From NCBI RefSeq assembly GCF_001194135.2, contig NC_068984.1, forward strand, positions 127,099,154 through 127,163,153: a DNA stretch of 64,000 bases, in the 5' to 3' direction. Source of the stretch: Octopus bimaculoides. Taxonomy: Eukaryota. This document shows positions 1 through 14,412 of this stretch, piece after piece (position 1 is the stretch's first letter; every line of letters starts with the position of its first letter). The notes beneath the pieces were generated by a model. The model did no database searches and was not told the origin of the DNA. It worked only from the letters and a program-made list of their open reading frames with translations. The position numbers were made by a program, and so were the translations under genes.

Positions 1-769
1 TACATGACAGTGGGCAAACATGATGTAACAAGGCAACTGTTATGGATTGTAAAACAACATGACAATGAAGGGTGTGGAGTAATATGACAGTGCATGTGAG
101 GCAATATGTTAGTGATAATGGGGTAATATACTGGTGGCAGTGGAGTGACATATCTACAGTAATGGGTTAATGTGACTGTAATAGGGAGGTTAACTTCTAG
201 ATATATTATAGAAACATAATGAGCCCTTCAAACAGTATTTATTGTTAATGTTTTGCTTGATTGATGAAATCAAAAGTAAAATTTAATTCAAAATTTAGTG
301 CGAAAGCTAAAAAAAAAAAAAAACCCTAAAAAATCATGAAGCTTCAACTGAAATTATGAAATATAATTCTATTTTGCTTGTTTTTTAATTCTTCCCAATA
401 ATTATAATTAATAGTAAAAATTATGAAAAATACAATCCCTTATTGATTAAATAGAATATTTGTTTTGAAAGTTCTTCTTTGAAAATTATTTTTTTTCTTT
501 TAAATTATTCATTGTCTTTTGGTCTTTTGAATCGGAAATCTTAACTAGTAAAAATAAAAAAAAGGAAAGAAAGAAAGAGAGAAAGAAATATAGTTTCTTT
601 TGAAGTTCTATGAAATGAAGAGGAAGCTAGCTGTGTTGCTTTCAAAGTCAAACCATTATGGTCTCAATATCAAATTGATGGATCTGTAAACAATATACAG
701 GTGATGAGTGGGGAAGAGGAAGCAGTATTTTTTTTTTATATATTTGTATATCACAGAGTAATGAAGAGA

Positions 770-1010
770 TTAGAAACCATATGATGATGGTGTTGATGAT
801 TTGAGTTAAATATGAAGAGGGTGATGATATTGGTAGTGGTGATGGTGGTGGTGGTAGTAGTAGTGGAGGTAGTAAGGAAGCTGATGATGGTGATGATGAT
901 GATAATGATGATGGTGATCAAGATCATGATGATGATGATGATGAGAAGAAAGTGGAAGAGAATTTTGATTAAATGACCAAAATACAAGAAAGATGATTAT
1001 GGTGGTGATG
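770..1010. repeat. Degenerate (GAT/GGT)n trinucleotide low-complexity tract
   Basis: Runs of gatgatgat/ggtggtggt; explains poly-H/poly-I/poly-T ORFs in the track. Confidence 0.9.
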
Positions 1011-2458
1011 TTGATGTGACCAAATTGGCACATTTTTGTCTCCTGATAGTATTTTATCTCCATTACAGCTCCCTACTATTTATTATACAACAGTCACCTC
1101 CTTATATCTTGCCCCTGTCTTCCTTGCTTCTCCCCTGGAATAATTATTTCTCCCTTTGTCCTGCCTCCCACCCACTTCTGAACCAGATATCACTTGTTAT
1201 CTACCCCACTAACTATCCATTAACTAACAATACCAATAAAGGACCGAACCAGTGCATGTGTTTATTATTACTGGCATAATGCCCCTCCCAAAGTTCAATA
1301 ACTATCCACAGATATTTCTAAATGTACGTCCTTCTTTTCCACCCCCAAATATGAAGGTCCTTGAACCAAGTAGAGATGTTTGGCGGGTACTAAACCATCA
1401 CTATCACCATCACCACAATAACAATCACAAGAGCAGCAAGAACAAAGTCAGTAGCAATAACCAGGAAGTGTCAAAGAATAATTAACACTCATTCTAACCT
1501 GAACAGTATAAATCAACCTTTATTAAATTGTGCGAGGAAAAACAATATTTTTTCTCAAGAAAATATATTTTTCTTTGAGGAAAACCAGAAAGCACTAAAA
1601 AAACCTCACACATTTACTGTTAATACAGGGATATACAGTCTAAAGTTAGGTGCCTTGTTTGGGTTTTCTGAAAGGAAACAAACAAACAGCTTGACATTTT
1701 CTTTGGCAATGATGGAACTACAAATGCTGAATGTGAAAGAAATTCAATGATATACTCTGTGATATAAACATGATATCAAACTTTTTTTTTTTTTAGATAC
1801 TAACAGGACAAATACCAAAATACAATAACACATCTGTATGAGAAATACCTATTTTATATTATAATTATTCGCTGGCTGTGACAATATTGTAGAGCTGGAG
1901 ATAAACTCTTGGTGTGTAAGGGCAGCAGTGATTTGAGTTCTTTGTTAAAACCAAGTACCTTCACTTAAAACTGCTTATACACTGAGGAAATGCTTGAATG
2001 CCACAAAGCTCCCTATTCTCCCTTAGAATATAAGGCCTTTGTGTGTAAAGAAAAGGCAGTCATATTTTCATTTGGTATATAAATGTGGCTGTTATGCAAC
2101 TGTATGAAATCAGCACAAGCAATATTGAAATATAATATTAATAATAATCATATAATTATAATAATGTTATAATGCGATAAATATCTGTGAAAATTCAGTA
2201 AATATCCATAAATACGCCACATAGTGAAATCCTCTATCATGAACTGAACATTCTGAAAGGAATATATTTCAAATTTATTGATAAAGATATGTGTATGAAC
2301 AAGTTAATATTTGGACCTTTATTGATTCTTGAGTTTGATTCAGTTAAAAAATATTGGCTATTGTTGAAATTTATCCAAATTTTACCAAAATTAGGGTTAC
2401 ATGTCTTGATCATTAAATAACAAATTATAAATTCAGGGTTAATATTTCCAGTAAATTT

Positions 2459-2636
2459 TAAGGCAGTGAACTTATCAGCATTGAATCCGTCTTTACGTTC
2501 TGAGTTCAAATTCTGCAGAGGTCAACTTTGACTGTCATTCTTTCGATAAAATAAGTACCAGTTGAACACTGGGGTTGATGTATTCAATGTAGCCCCTCCA
2601 CAAAAATGCTGGCTTAGTGCCAAAATTCAAAACCAA
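2459..2636 (+). mobile_element. tRNA-derived SINE, family A (degenerate)
   Basis: gttctgagttcaaattc B-box region, then gataaaataagtaccagttgaacactggggttgatg body shared with many copies in the window. Confidence 0.8.
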
Positions 2637-4490
2637 TATTTCCAATAAATCGCTGTTTCTTCAAGTAATTATAGCAGTTTGGGTTATATATCTGTTTTTC
2701 TTTGTTTGATAACATTAAATTTTAAAATCAATGGAAGACCACCAAAATAATATTAGCCAGAATATTAGCCACAAATGTGACAAATATGAAGATAAAAGAA
2801 TTAAACTATTGAAATTCTTTAGAGGTTTTTTATAATTGCAAAAACCAAAACTACAAAATTACATCACTCTTTGATTTATTTTAGCTAACATAACTAAGGC
2901 CATACTAGAGTACCACCTTCATGTATTGAAGAAATTTAATTTTTCTGATTAAGAAGTAATAAATCCTGTGGTAGCACCACCAAAATGTCTGACATCTAAC
3001 ATTGTGTTATTTTGTGAGAGTTACAATGTTTGAATGAGTTTAATGTCAAGATTCTTGCATAAGTTCTTTGTGAGTCCTTAAACAAAATTGAAGTGGGAGC
3101 TGGTGATTATCGTGAGAAAAATATTTCTTTTGTGAGACAAAGAAGTAGGTTTGTTCCAAGATACGCAGTTGCTTTATTGTAAAATGAATTATGACTTTAA
3201 ATCTATTGTTTCTCTAGACTGTTATTGTTCCTGTTGTTGTTTTATGGAGAAATTTATGTTATTTTTTCTTTTATTTCTCCTTTTGTATTTATATTTATTA
3301 TTGTTGGTTTTGTTGTTGTTATCATTATTTATAATTAATTATAAATATTATTATTATAATTTTTATTACTATTATTATTATAATTAAAACAGATTTAATA
3401 CTGTTAATGATGTTACTATTAAAACATTGTTAATTATCATTATTGCTACTAAAGTTTGTTTGCTATTTACTACTAATAACTAATGCTAATATTGCTCCTA
3501 TTACAAACAACCACCACCACTACTACAATGTCATGACCACCACTACAACCACTGCCACTACTACCACCACCATTACTAATCCTACTACAACTCCTGACAG
3601 TTCTTTTCTCTTCCTAGATAATAATGAAACCAAAAAAACTTTAAACATTTTTTTTAAATGTCCTAAGACACCTTAGAAAATATATAGACATTGGAGAGAA
3701 TGAGAAAGAGAGAACAGTGTCTATTTTATCCTGCAGTGGTCTCCAGAAGTAGATGAAGAAGACAAAGTTGGAGGAAGGAAAACAGAAATATGACAGTTTC
3801 TGCTTTAAGAGTAGTTTTGTAAATGTCTTTGAGAAAATCTTGTATTTTTTTTAATATTTCTAACAACATAAAAAATTAGCTCATAGCTTCATTAGTTGCT
3901 GTAGTTTGATGTTACAAGTGGATACCGTCAACAGAGCTATGTCCAACTGGTGACATATTTTATTAGATTAGTACACTAATTTTACTATGTGTGCATGTGC
4001 GTGTGTATGTATGTTTGTGTATGTATATGTGTGTGCGTATTTTTGAGTGTCTGTATATTGTATATATATATATTCATACATGTCTTTGTATATATGTATA
4101 TATGTGTTATACGTGTGTGTGTGTGTGTGTGTGTGTGTATACACAAATCCATGCATTCACATTTTGGTGTATGTACATCCTTAAAGATTTGTATATCTGC
4201 GTGTGCATCTTAGTATGTGCAGCTATACCAATATCCAATATGTACGTCTGTCTCCCTGTGCACATATTTCCTTGTGTATATATATCAGTACTGAATGCAC
4301 ATTTTGCCTATGTGTGCATTGCACCTTGTGTGTGCATCTATGAAATATATACATAGTATATGCATATACATTCATATATATTTCTCTGAGACTAAACTAG
4401 ATATACAAATCTGCAAATCCGATGATTTGCAAACACAGACACAGATGGATGCATAGACTGAGATGTACTCACTGAAATATGCACTCACAA

Positions 4491-4659
4491 GCATAGATGC
4501 ACACCCAATCACAGATGCACATCCAAGCACAGGTACACATCCAAGCACAGATGCACATCCAAGCACAGATGCACATCCAAGCACAGATGCACATCCAAGC
4601 ACAGATGCACATCCAAGCACAGATGCACATCCAAGCACAGATGCACATCCAAGCACAGG
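4491..4659. repeat. 18-bp minisatellite (gcacagatgcacatccaa) x9 plus partial, inside a degenerate CA/TG field (~3985-5520)
   Basis: Units counted directly; 6 consecutive perfect copies at 4545-4652. Confidence 0.95.
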
Positions 4660-5668
4660 TGTACATACTGATGAAGTTACATATGCACTCACATAAGCAT
4701 ATGTAATCACATATGCACATGAAATTACATATGCACACACTGACAGATTCACATGCATACACAGGCACATGCACAAAGATACATATATGTGCAAATGCAG
4801 ATGTACATACTGATACAAATGCACAAGCAGGCACAGCTGCAGACATAAGCATAGGTGCACACAAAGAAATACACACACACAGATGCACTCTCTGATGCAG
4901 ATGCACATATGAGTTAAAATGCACACATAGATGCAGGTGCACTCACTAGCAAAAACTTGCACGGATGCAAACATTACATATTCACACATTGTAGATGAAG
5001 ACACTGACACAGATGCACAAAGTATCAGATAAGCGCATATGCTCTCACATATGCACACACTCTATCACATATGCACACAGACCAAGTATCAAATATACAT
5101 CCAACAAAATCAAGTACTTGAAGGAAGACCAAATTTCATTAGACTAGAATCCACTAACAAGTATGTCAGTAAAAATGACTGAACATAACAATATTTTTTG
5201 TGATGAAATCCTATTGTTTTCAATTTTAGCAATAATATAATCTGTTTCATTAACGAACACAGATAATGAAGGCTGATGAGATTTGATTGAGTGGTCAGCT
5301 TTCTTCAGACTTCTCACAAATGTATGCACACACACACAGACACATACACACAGACACATACACACACACATATATATACATACACAGACATGCACATACA
5401 AATATATGCTAATATATATATGTATGTGTGTGTTCATAAATCTATATATACCTGAGTATGAATATATATGCAGCTACATGCATATGCTCATGTATTAACA
5501 CGTTTTTATGTATGTGTGTGCCTGTGTGTGTGTGTGGAAATTTCCAGTACACAGACACTTATCTTTGATCTAATGAGAGAAATTATTGCTTCCATGTGAA
5601 ACAATCCAGATTATATATACACACATACACTTATACATATATACACACATGTATCCATACATTTATAG

Positions 5669-5737
<69 letters not shown>

Positions 5738-7380
5738 TATATATATCATTTGTAAATATGTAGTCTAGATAAATTGATGTTATATGTACCAATATTTGTG
5801 ACATTGAATGAGTCACCTTATATTTGCATGTATACACACACACATGTGCGCACACATACATATGCACATATACACATAACACATAAAATCTCTGTTATAA
5901 CTAGTCTTCGTAATAATTTTCTCTAGCAAGTGTTCATTCTCATGTTGGTAAAACGTTCGCATATTTATTATAGCCCTTCCAACCAAATATTTCAGCAATT
6001 TTCCCATAGTTTGGCACTGGTGATACACATTTGGGCATTGTGCTTAATCTTGTCTCCTGTAGCTTCTTAGTTCAAATCCAAAAGTGGATTAATTTAACTC
6101 TGCCCTGTATCTTGAAATGGCCAATAAAACAGGTATATTAGTAATGTAGTGGTATTCAGTGGAGTCCTTTAGGCAGTCCACTGCCCTTTTTGGCACTTTT
6201 CCAGCAACTCCAGGGTTGGTGGAGTTCTCTAGTCCTGTAAGGCAATTTGCCTGAGCAGCGGCTACACCAATGTAAAACCTACAATATGCTGGTCACCACA
6301 GTTGTCTTAGTCTACTAAGCCATTATGGCCAGTCCTCCTCCAAGTCTAAGGAGTGAGATCAGATTGTTTGGACTGATTCTCACTTTAAAGCTACTAAGTG
6401 CAAGCAGGAAGAAAACCCCTGCAACATGAAGGATCGGTTTAAATAACCACTTGAGAGCATGCCACTTTTTCTCCTGATCTTTGAACTTGAAGAAACTGCC
6501 ATCACAAGGTATTGCAGTTGTTGTCAACACACATCATTCTGTTTTGTAATGAAGAGATAAGGTGGAAAAGAAAGCTAATGTTTAGTATTAATATAAGTCT
6601 ACATATAGCATTGTGAAGGAAATCTATTTCCAACAGCAGCATCAGAAATATTTTCATAACTTTCCTGACATCCTTTGTATTTGTTTCAAAATATTTGCCA
6701 ACCAAAGAATCTTGGCATTAATTGCAATATTTCCTCTTCTGTATTGTTTTGGCTATTGATGGTTCAGTTTAAAAGTTAGGGCCTTTTATGAATAATTGCT
6801 TCTTCTATTGGTTTGAAACATTGGAGCTAAGGTTATTCACAAGGGAATGTATATTCAGGTTTGCAGTGACCATTTACGTGTAGGAAGCAAATAATATACA
6901 GATTTGAAGTGGTTATTTACATGTATTGGCCATAAAATATAAAGGTAGATAATGACCATTTATACACAAACTTGATGTTATACTAATTAGTGTTGGGCTC
7001 TTTATAAATAAGGAATATGAAATATACAGACTGTTACTGATTCTTAATATACGTGAGACAGAGCATGTAAAAATTCACTTATCAGATTTTACAACTTTAT
7101 GACTATATTACCACAACATTTTTAAGTAATACCTCACTTGAAAGCCCCCTATCAAAGTACTAAGGTTTTGGGCCAGACACTGACTTAGTGATTTAAATGT
7201 CTGAAATCTGTAACAGTAAATACAATATTACTAACTAGCTACTTTGCTAATAACCAAAATGACCAATCAGCAGTCAACCAATTTCTCTCAACATACAATA
7301 AACCACAAAGTTGATGTGTCCAATCGGTGGGGGTTTTTTTAATATTTAAAAGGGTTGTTTTTTTGAGAAATATATTACAC

Positions 7381-7760
7381 AACAATGGAGAAGACAGAAG
7401 CCTTTGAGATGGGGAGCTTTCACAGATTGGGTAGAATAAGCTGGAAAGACAGGTTAACAAATGTTGCAGTACAAGAAAAGCTGCATGTCTAAATACACTC
7501 ACTGTTGAGAATCAAGTTCACAAAGCTATCATATTTTAGATATATAATGTGCCACAAGTCACTACCAAAAACCATTCTGACAGGAAGTATGGAAGGGAAG
7601 AGAGCAAGAGGCCATTAAAGATGTTTGTAGAGTGATGACATCAAAGAATGGACTGGAAACAAGAACCTGGCTTATTGTATACATGCTGCATGACACAGAG
7701 GGAACCAGAGAGACTTAGTTAGCAAACTGACCTTTGGGCATAGGATGAGGACATGGCTGA
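7381..7760 (+). mobile_element. Old RTE-clade LINE, ORF C-terminal fossil
   Basis: Manual translation: EKTEAFEMGSFHRLGRISWKDRLTN...KLSYFRYIMCHKSLPKTILTGSMEGKRARG...DDIKEWTG, matching the RTE pattern IEAFEM..R..ISW / KLxYFGHI / EGKRxRGRP; stops present. Confidence 0.8.
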
Positions 7761-9974
7761 TGATTACAGGAAAATCATAAATGTTTTGTAATCCTGGAAG
7801 ACAAAATGGCAAATCCATTACTTTGAAGAATAATAAAGATGATGAGCTGAAGAGCCATCCTATCTCACAGGCTCATTCGTTTGATGGCAATCTCTGTCAT
7901 GACCAAACCGAATTGGAGGAGGAAGTTGAAGGCCTAGGTTTGGAAAGAAACCTACTGGTGATCAGCCCGTACTTCATCAACTGGTGTCCCCCTGCTTGTC
8001 AGGTTTCATATCAATTTCACCAGGTTGCTACTGGAGAAAGTATCACTAAATTATTCCCCAGATAAACAATTTGCCAGCTTGGAACAAGAAGATTGCATCA
8101 CCTTGTTTTTTTTACGCTCTCTCTGCAATCAAACTCTACTGGCTTCAGCTACAACTGAAAGTCAGCTGCATCCAAACCAAATTTGATGTTATGTTCAGAT
8201 ATTTCACTGAACACCATAGATTATTTCAAAACAACTTCGATTTATTAAATATTAAATGTCTGAGACGAGTTGATAATAAAATTACAATTTTTCAGACATT
8301 TAACCTCATCTTTAAAGTGTATTTTTATTATATTTACATCTATGCTATATTTTGATTGGTTTCTAAATATACATTGTGTATATATTGAACGAGATGTCTG
8401 ATCTGAGATCAGATATCAAATAAATAGAAACATTGCACAAATATATCGTAAGTATATACTCTAAAGATGAAGGTTAATTGTCAGAAAATTTATGATAGCA
8501 ATATCTTCAAATTTTTTCTCTTTAAATTACTTTTCCTGTAATTTTGAAAGGTATCTTAGTAATTAAGCAAAAAACTTACATTTCATAATCTTTCTATAAA
8601 TTACTCTTTTATCTATAACTTGTGTACCATTAGACTTAGAAAGTTTGACCCATTAATGTTCACATTATGCACAAGTCATAACTACATAACATATAAAGAA
8701 CTGGATATAGAGATAACCAAAATACAGGGGTTGAGATCCTCTGTAATAATAGGTGCCTTGTGAATGATTGAAAAAAATGCAGACAATTACATAGCACAAA
8801 CACAATCCAGGATTTATAAATATATACACAACATGCAGTAAATAACCCTCAATGGCCTTGCATGCATAATATGTACAGTACTTTCTAAAGAGCAGAATGT
8901 ACAAAGCACAAATAAAACAATCTGCACATACCTGACGTACTTAGAACTAATAAAAATAAGATAACTGAAATAATAACGATGATGATAATAGTAATAATAA
9001 AGTATTTTAACACAAGGGCAATGGTTAAAGATTGATTACAAGGACAAATTACAAGACAGTAGGGGGTTTTACCAAATTGAGTAGAAGAAAAATAGGTCTG
9101 AAAAACCACCATATATAAACAAAAAGGAAATGAAGAAAAATGTTCTCCTAGTAGAACAGCCATCTGGGAACCACTCAGAGAACTCTACAGGTTTAGAATT
9201 GCTCCCACTGCCTAAGGTATCTACTCACTCTTAATTGTATTCTCTGGCCTACAGAGGTATGCTGAGAGTAGGCCTAATCACTTGAATCACACTCATTCAT
9301 CACTCTGACCAACTTACTGCAAATATACTGGAGGATGGAGCCTCCCTTGCAACCTTCACATTTCTCTTCAAATGGCACTAGAGATAAGCAGAAGAAGTGT
9401 CGGTCCTCATTCTTTTCAGTCACATCTGCTACTCTGCCTGTTTTGCCTAACTATACAGATGAAAACTGCCTGTCCTTCCCAGATATAGCAAAGTGGTAGT
9501 GCAATCTTCACTTGACTGATAGGCAGTCCTCTCCAACATGCAACAACATATTATACAGAGTATTTTCAAAACATATGAAGCTACAAAAAAAAATGCAATA
9601 CATATCCAAGTCATTTAGAGCTGTGTTTGGTTGTACAGTGGAGGCATGCATTATAACCTGAACAATTGTGTGCAAAATGGTTTTGTTGTTCTATATACAT
9701 CTCAGATAGATCTTTTGTGCTTATAAAATTTGTTTAAATCTAACTGTGCCCCCTGTAGTCCAGGACAAAAATGTCTGGAAGTTTTCAGTGTTCCTAGGCT
9801 GAAAGTTCTTTCAAAGTGACACCTTAGAATCACTCCAAGAATTAATTATTGTTGCTCATGCACAATGAAAATGCAAGGGTGGAAGACTGAGCACTTGACA
9901 TTTCAAATGTTAAATGCCCAATCTTGGTCTTTGCTTCATAATAATAACAATGATAATAATAATAATATCAACAG

Positions 9975-10170
9975 TTTCTGATTTTGGCACAACGCCAGCA
10001 ATTTCAAGGTGATGAGTTAGTTGATACCCTCAACTCCACTACTTGACTTGTACTTTTGGTTTATTGACCTCAAGGGGATGAAAGGCAAAGTTGAACTTAG
10101 AATACAAAAAAAACCCAACTTACCTCATAGCATTATGTCTAATGTGTTAGCAATTCAGTCAGTTCATCAT
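9975..10170 (-). mobile_element. SINE family A (degenerate)
   Basis: Reverse complement of gcctttcatcc / ccttgtgccaaaat motifs. Confidence 0.65.
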
Positions 10171-10737
10171 CAACTATTTTTGATAACAAAGAGAAAGTAG
10201 AAAAAACAATGTCGAATAAAGCAATAGATGGCATATTAAATTTGTTAAAATGTCTCTGTTTCTGAGAGAAAATATCTGTCAGTAAACACCAAAATTCTTA
10301 CCATCTTTAGAATACTACATTTGAGACGGAGTTATTCATAGATGCTAAGTTCTCATCTTAAATCCATTCTAAGACTATTTCTAGAAATAGTTGTCAATCT
10401 GTAGTTGTCTGGTATCTGTTATTAACAGAGTTGCAAGTGATCCTGGCTGCAGGAATGGTTCTTACGGATATTCTTACCTTTCTGATGAAGTTGGTACGCT
10501 ATTACAGAGCCATTGTCATTGTCATAATTGTCTTCGCCGTCATCGCCATCATCATCATCATCGTCATCATCATCATTACCGTCATCACTAGCAGCAGCAG
10601 CATATTTAGCATTACCATGGCAATATGTATAAACTGAGAATCTTTGCTGACAAACAACAATAGACACAATATCACAAACATACACATGCATTCACAAACA
10701 TGCATACACACATGCATATATTATAAATATATATGTG

Positions 10738-10780
<43 letters not shown>

Positions 10781-11060
10781 ATATACATATATAAGCTTAT
10801 ATATATATATTTATATATATATAAAGAGTATGTGTATATACATATGTATATGCTGCATAGTCACCCCATTAAAAAAAATGACAGAATTTATTTTTCTCTT
10901 CTTTCAATAAACAATGATCTTTCTGCATCAAGCCGTGCTCCATTTTACTTCTTTTGTCTTTTAGTTCCTCTTCTTTTAGTTATTCTTATTCATTTAACAG
11001 TGAGCTTTAGCTCTGTTTTCTTATTGTGTTTCTTGGTGTTTTGCAGCACTTCTTCCTTGC

Positions 11061-11102
<42 letters not shown>

Positions 11103-11509
11103 TGCAATACTTTGTCTACAGCTTTATGTGACACTCTGTAATGTTCCTGTGCCTATATCCAATGCACTATATTGTGCCTGTTTCTATATGTGGCACTCTA
11201 TACTGTACACATATCCCTATATAACATGCTGTACCTTATCTATAGCTATATGTGACACAATGTACTGAACCTACCTGCATATGTGACACACTATGGTATG
11301 ACAACATATGTGTATTTCACTTTTCTACTGTACTGGAGTACACCAACTCACAATCTGTTCCATTTAACATGATGCAGTTGCTTCCACTCCCATGTGGGCC
11401 TTTACAGCCATAGTAGATGCTGCACTGCCATCAGCAATTGACATAAAATTCTCCAGGTGCAGATTCATGGTCTTTTGAGACTGACAGATGCTGCAAAGAT
11501 AAGATACAT

Positions 11510-12262
11510 ACTGCAGTGGATTGGAAGAATCTGTAGTACATCGGACAAAATGCTTAGAAGTTTTCTTCTGGTTCTCTATGTTCTGAGTTCAATCCTGCCA
11601 AGATCAAATTTGCACCTTTTGAGGCTGATAAAATAAAGTACTAGTTGAGTGTGGGGCCAATGCTATCGACTAAACCCCATTCCTGCTAAAATTACTGGTC
11701 TTGTGCAAACTTTGTCACAAAAACATCTATCGCTGTTATTATAAGTTAAGGCAGCATGCTGGCAGAATCATTAGCTAAGTGGTATTTCATCCGTCTTCAG
11801 GTTCTAAGTTCAAATTCTGCCGGGATCAACTGTGTCTGTCATCCTTTCAGAGCCAATAAAATAAGTACCAGTTGAGCTTTGGGGTTGATGTAATCGACTT
11901 ACCTGCCCCCTTGGAATTGCTGGCCTATTGCCAAAATTTGAAATCATCATTATCATTATTATTATTATTATAATTATTATTATTATTATCATTATTATTA
12001 TTATCATTATTATTATTATTATTATTACACTAATTATCATCATTAATATCATTATTGTTATTGTATAAGGCGACAAGCCTGCTGAATCATTAGCACACCA
12101 GACAAAATGCTTGGCAGCATTTCATCCGTCGTTATGTTCTGAGTTCAAATTCTGCTGAGGTTGACATTGTCTTTCATCCTTTCGGGGTCAATAAAACAAG
12201 TACCAGTTATCAATTTCCGCCCCCACCTCAAAATTCCTGGCCTTGTGCCAGAACAAGAAAGA
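11510..12262 (+). mobile_element. Three head-to-tail SINE family A copies (~11510-11715, 11748-11945, 12066-12262) with an (ATT)n tail between copies 2 and 3
   Basis: Each has ttct(g/a)agttcaa...ataaaa(t/c)aagtac(c/t)agtt...gg(c/t)ct..tgc. Confidence 0.85.
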
Positions 12263-12310
12263 ATTATTATCATTATATGCCTCTGTGTGTGTATGTATTT
12301 GTATATGTTT

Positions 12311-12344
<34 letters not shown>

Positions 12345-12538
12345 NNNNNNNNNNNNNNNNNNNNNNNNNNNNNNNNNNNNNNNNNNNNNNNNNNNNNNNN
12401 NNNNNNNNNNNNNNNNNNNNNNNNNNNNNNNNNNNNNNNNNNNNNNNNNNNNNNNNNNNNNNNNNNNNNNNNNNNNNNNNNNNNNNNNNNNNNNNNNNNN
12501 NNNNNNNNNNNNNNNNNNNNNNNNNNNNNNNNNNNNNN
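12345..12538. other. Assembly gap; others at 15414-15423, 16079-16858, 17234-17243, 19271-20135, 22830-23126, 37159-37168, 43172-43261, 47537-47801, 62631-62699
   Basis: N-runs, mostly bordered by (TA)n or tandem repeats. Confidence 0.99.
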
Positions 12539-14024
12539 ATATATATATATATATATATATATACATACACACATGTGTATTTGTATTTATTTGCACACAT
12601 ATATACATAAATACAATGTAATATACATAAATACATATGTAATGGTAGACCCAACTTTAAGATATTATAGAGGTTGATGATATCCATAATAAATTGGTTG
12701 ATAAAAAAAAACAGGTGAAAAATATTACTTGAAACAACTAGCACTGCTTAATTTCTTAACTGTTGTGTAAAAACTGCTCCATTTCTTCTAGATTTTGATG
12801 TTCACTTTGCTTGTCATATAAATTAAGATATTAACAAATATACAACATCAGTAGTAAATAGCAGTTTAACTTTTGAATATTCACTGAAGTAACTTTATGG
12901 ATGATCAATGCAATTCCTTCTAGGAGGCAAACCAGTTATTGTGTGGGTATTTATATTAACACACCCAAAGGGTTTAATAAGACAACTGCATAAATGTGGG
13001 TGGAGAAGAGCTTTTTTTGTTTTTTTTAAGTCACTCTATACATTTGTCTACCACTTATGCTTATGTACTCATGTTCTATGTGTTTATGTGTGGGTATGTA
13101 TGTGTGTGAATGTGCTTTTGTGTGTATGTGTATGCATGTATAGATTATAATTTTGTGTGTAATGTAACTTTGAATTGGTGGACAAAATTTTCTCATATCT
13201 ACAAGTTGGTTAAATTGTCTTCATTAATAATTATAATAAAACTGTAAAATTAGTTAATATTCATTTCTTTAAAAAAAAAACAACAAAACATTATCGATCT
13301 TAGTTTGAATCGATGAAATGAAGTCTCTTGATATTGTATCAAACCATAATAGAATATTCCAGAAGCTATACTGGACAATGTGTGCAAATTCCTAAATTCA
13401 CATATCCTTGAAATATATGACTTCAAAACAGCAAAAACATTGAAAATGTGATATCTGCAAGAAGAATTACTTGTGGTCATTAGAATTATTTTTCAAAAAC
13501 AAGAACAATGCAAAAAAAAATAAAATAAAAATATAAATAACGAAAATAAAAAGACAAAGAAAAAGGCAAAAAATAAGTAAAACAAGCAATGCAAATTTCA
13601 TATTCTGTGAAACCTGATACAACATTGTGGTTGCTGTTGTCATTGTAAATGTTGTTGCTGTTGTTGTTGTGATGGAGTAAGATATTTTTTCTTTGAAACT
13701 GAATTCCTATAGCAATATCTCTCATCAACCCGATGATGCTAAATGTTCTAAGAAGAACAACACCAAAATCAATTCCATAATACTGAATATAATCATACAG
13801 ACAGACCACACTCACACATGCACACAACACACACTTGCATGGACTACACACACACACATGCACACTCTCCCTCTCTATAGCATGTAATAATCTTGGCCTC
13901 ATTTTTCATGACAATAATGACAGTAGTGTATTTAATAATTAAAACAGCCGTACTAAATGATTATAATGCTGTGAACAATTAAGTGGAAATATAAGAAATT
14001 ATACTGACTTAACTATTGAATTTA

Positions 14025-14395
14025 AGAGGCAGTATGGTAAGATGTTTGCTTCCCAACCACATGATTCTGGGTTCAGTCCCACTGCATGGTACCTTGGGTA
14101 AGTGTCTTCTACTATAGCCCCATCTGGCCAAAGCCTTGTGAGTGAATTTAGCAGACGGAAGCTGAAAGAAGCCTTTCTTATGTGTGTATGTCTTTGTGTC
14201 TGCATTTGTCCACCACCACCCCCACTTGAAAACTGATATTGGTGTGTTTACGTCCCTGTGATTTAGCAGTACAGCAAAAGAGACTGATAAAATAAGTACC
14301 AAGCTTAAAAAAATATATACTGGAGTCAAGTCATTTGACTAAAATTCTTTCCCAGCTTGGCCAACATCTAATGACTGAGACAAGTCCAAGATAAA
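14025..14395 (+). mobile_element. tRNA-derived SINE, family B (internal TG microsatellite)
   Basis: ggttcagtccc B-box-like motif, ccttgggtaagtgtcttctactatagcc, same body as the intact copy at 50165. Confidence 0.85.
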
Positions 14396-14412
14396 AGACA
14401 TATATGTATATA

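Noticed and set aside
4372-5058. 228-aa ORF with ASVLGC repeats
   Set aside because: Product of the 18-bp minisatellite; open in all frames
6180-6800. Balanced-composition region with short ORFs and a faint PLE endonuclease resemblance
   Set aside because: Motifs too decayed to call
7781-8355. Two ~94-aa plus ORFs
   Set aside because: No recognisable domain or splice support; probably old TE debris
10478-10646. Minus-strand exon candidate encoding poly-D
   Set aside because: Frame is kept open mainly by a (GAT)n microsatellite common in non-coding DNA here
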